This document shows positions 62,171-64,000 of a DNA stretch of 64,000 nt, piece after piece. The notes under the pieces were generated by a model. The model worked only from the letters and a program-made list of their open reading frames with translations, was not told where the DNA came from and did not search any database. The translations under genes were made by a program, and so were the position numbers. The stretch lies in contig NW_024704742.1 of NCBI RefSeq assembly GCF_018977255.1, positions 93,188,001 through 93,252,000 of the forward strand, read 5' to 3'. The DNA comes from Callorhinchus milii. Its lineage: Eukaryota. Numbering within the stretch: the first letter of the stretch is position 1; the number at the start of each line of letters is the position of its first letter.

Positions 62171-63067
62171 TAGTCGCATTATAGTCTCCATGATATTATA
62201 TTAAATCAGCTCATTATCCAAGAGGACAAAATCCCCACTGTTTAACTGTTAGTGCTACCACTGAGTGGTCCTGACAGTGTGGCTAACAACTGGAGCCCTG
62301 GGGGGATTGGGAGGAGGCCGTGGGAAACTCAGGCATGAGTTTGTGTCCTGGGTGTGTTAGTGTGCCAATGAGCTGAATGTTCTTTTTCTTCTCCTCTACC
62401 TTCAAGTTACTTTTACTACTTTTCAACATGATATAATTGTAACAAAATACAAGGTAGAGGGCCTAATCGAACCTGCACACCCTTTATATGGAATGACTGA
62501 CCTTAGCTCACTTGAAGATTATTTAGTTTGTCTAATTGTGAGCCATTTCATAGCTTTCGTAATGGGTTGTGGCAATCCTTTACCAATGTGCTAATGTTGA
62601 TGGGAAGGTCAGTGTAAATACAAGAACATTGGTTCCTTTCAAAAGATTTATTTCACAGAAGCTTGACAGTGAAAATGCTTACCTGAAGAACTGTAGGTTA
62701 TCTGGTTAAACCGAGCCAAGAAGAGCCATTGGCATTGTGTTCAAACGGAAAGCTGCAAATATCTAAGAAGGAATCATACTCCAGTAATTGGAGCTGTTTT
62801 TTTGGGGTCAGCTGGAAAGGTGTCTGTAAGAGCATCAAAACCAGTTAAAGTACAACTACACTATGTCTCAAAAGGAATGTGCACTCTCCAAGGAGAGGAA
62901 CACACTACTTACCCAATCCTGGAGAGCATTAGTTACAGGGTGGCAAGAGTCAAGGCTTGGGGCCCCAGAGTGAGCATTAGGGTAACTGCTGGATTATTTC
63001 AAAGTTCAGGGAGCTATTGTAGGAATCGCAATAACCTGCTGTAGTATTTAGTTTCAAAGTTGTGAGT

Positions 63068-63205
63068 TAAGAACATAGGAACAGGAGAAGGCCATTCAGC
63101 CACTTGAATCTGTTCCACCACTCTATTAGATAATAGTTGATCTGTACCTCAACTCCGTTTACCCGCCTTTACTCCATATCCCTTGATACTCTTACCTAGC
63201 AAACG
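63068..63205 (-). mobile_element. CR1 3' tail fragment
   Basis: taagaacataggaacaggagaaggccattcagcc. Confidence 0.7.
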
Positions 63206-64000
63206 TTCTGTTGCCTGTCACATGGAAAAGTATCTCAGTGTTCTCAAGGCTTATAGAATCGGCATCCTGATGCACATTAAGAGTTTGCAGTTCAAACCCT
63301 GATTATTGTCAGAAGAGAACCTGCTGCATAATTCCTCAGAAATCTTTTTGTTCTAAAACAAGAGAAACCAGGTATGTCAACGTCAACATCTTCTGGACAG
63401 GCCGAGATATTCATTATTGAGGCAATGTATTCAATGATTGTAATTTAAAATGCAAATGAGGCTTTTCATGCCTGATCTGAAGGCAAAAGCTGAGAGCTTG
63501 TTCATGTCATCCATCATCCAGCGCCTTGCTCAAATGGTTGTTGTAAATGTGGGGAGGACACTGGCCTTTGGAAAGCATTACAGTCTAATTTATCGCACAA
63601 TCGTTGCCTTCCAGCTGTATTGCTGCGTCAGGACTGGGAGCACTGTGAATTTTTTTAACATTTGCCTTCCATAAACAGTCTCTGTGGCCTCATATTCCTT
63701 ACTGAGTGATGATCGATCAGTGAGTGAAATGGAAGCTTTAAAGTGGTTTGGCTCATCCGAAGAAGTTTTTAGTTTCATGGAATGACTGGAAGCAGGTTAC
63801 TTATTCCATGTCGGTATGCAGTTTATGGGGAAGATACTGATCAAACTTTAACTAAGGTATTGAGATGATGTTTAGGTTTTCTCTTTCCAAGCTCTCCTGT
63901 TTCCTCCAGCCCTGGTTTTGTTTCTGAGCATTATTGGATGCAGTGCAGATCTTGCATTTATATAGTGTTCTTCATAGAAGATCTCTGATTGGTGTACAGG

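Noticed and set aside
62802..63044. 80-aa ORF with similarity to 27600-27680
   Set aside because: The similarity is explained by the palindromic MITE-like repeat family, not by paralogous exons
63880..63940. Polypyrimidine tract ending ctccag as a possible MFSD14 exon 4 acceptor
   Set aside because: The following sequence does not encode the expected GLLSFLSAPLIGALSD; exon 4 must lie beyond the window

Overview
Vertebrate nuclear DNA, most likely from a cartilaginous fish (holocephalan-like; inferred only from its repeat families: tRNA-headed Deu-domain SINEs with (TTA)n tails, and L2 and CR1 LINEs). Two divergently oriented spliced genes can be reconstructed by hand with GT-AG sites and consistent phases. 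(1) Minus strand: a kelch-repeat (RABEPK/KLHDC-like) gene with 7 coding exons from ATG 15456 down to 3069, continuing past the window start. It has a probable 5'UTR exon and an RFX X-box-like motif near 15.75 kb. (2) Plus strand: the first three coding exons (22393-22500, 50545-50640, 57798-57860) of an MFSD14/HIAT1-family MFS transporter, starting in a CpG island and with a 28-kb first intron. The rest is intronic or intergenic DNA rich in SINEs, L2/CR1 relics (one L2 keeps a 719-codon RT ORF), palindromic elements and micro/minisatellites. Most ORFs in the supplied track are repeat-derived or chance. The most notable unexplained signals are: a fold-back SINE palindrome, a possible chimeric retro-insertion with a 20-bp flanking duplication, a dispersed ~700-bp palindromic MITE-like family, a three-layer nested TE, a candidate alternative first exon, and a speculative set of antisense exon-like relics inside the MFSD14 introns. 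No prokaryote-type system (CRISPR, operon etc.) is present.
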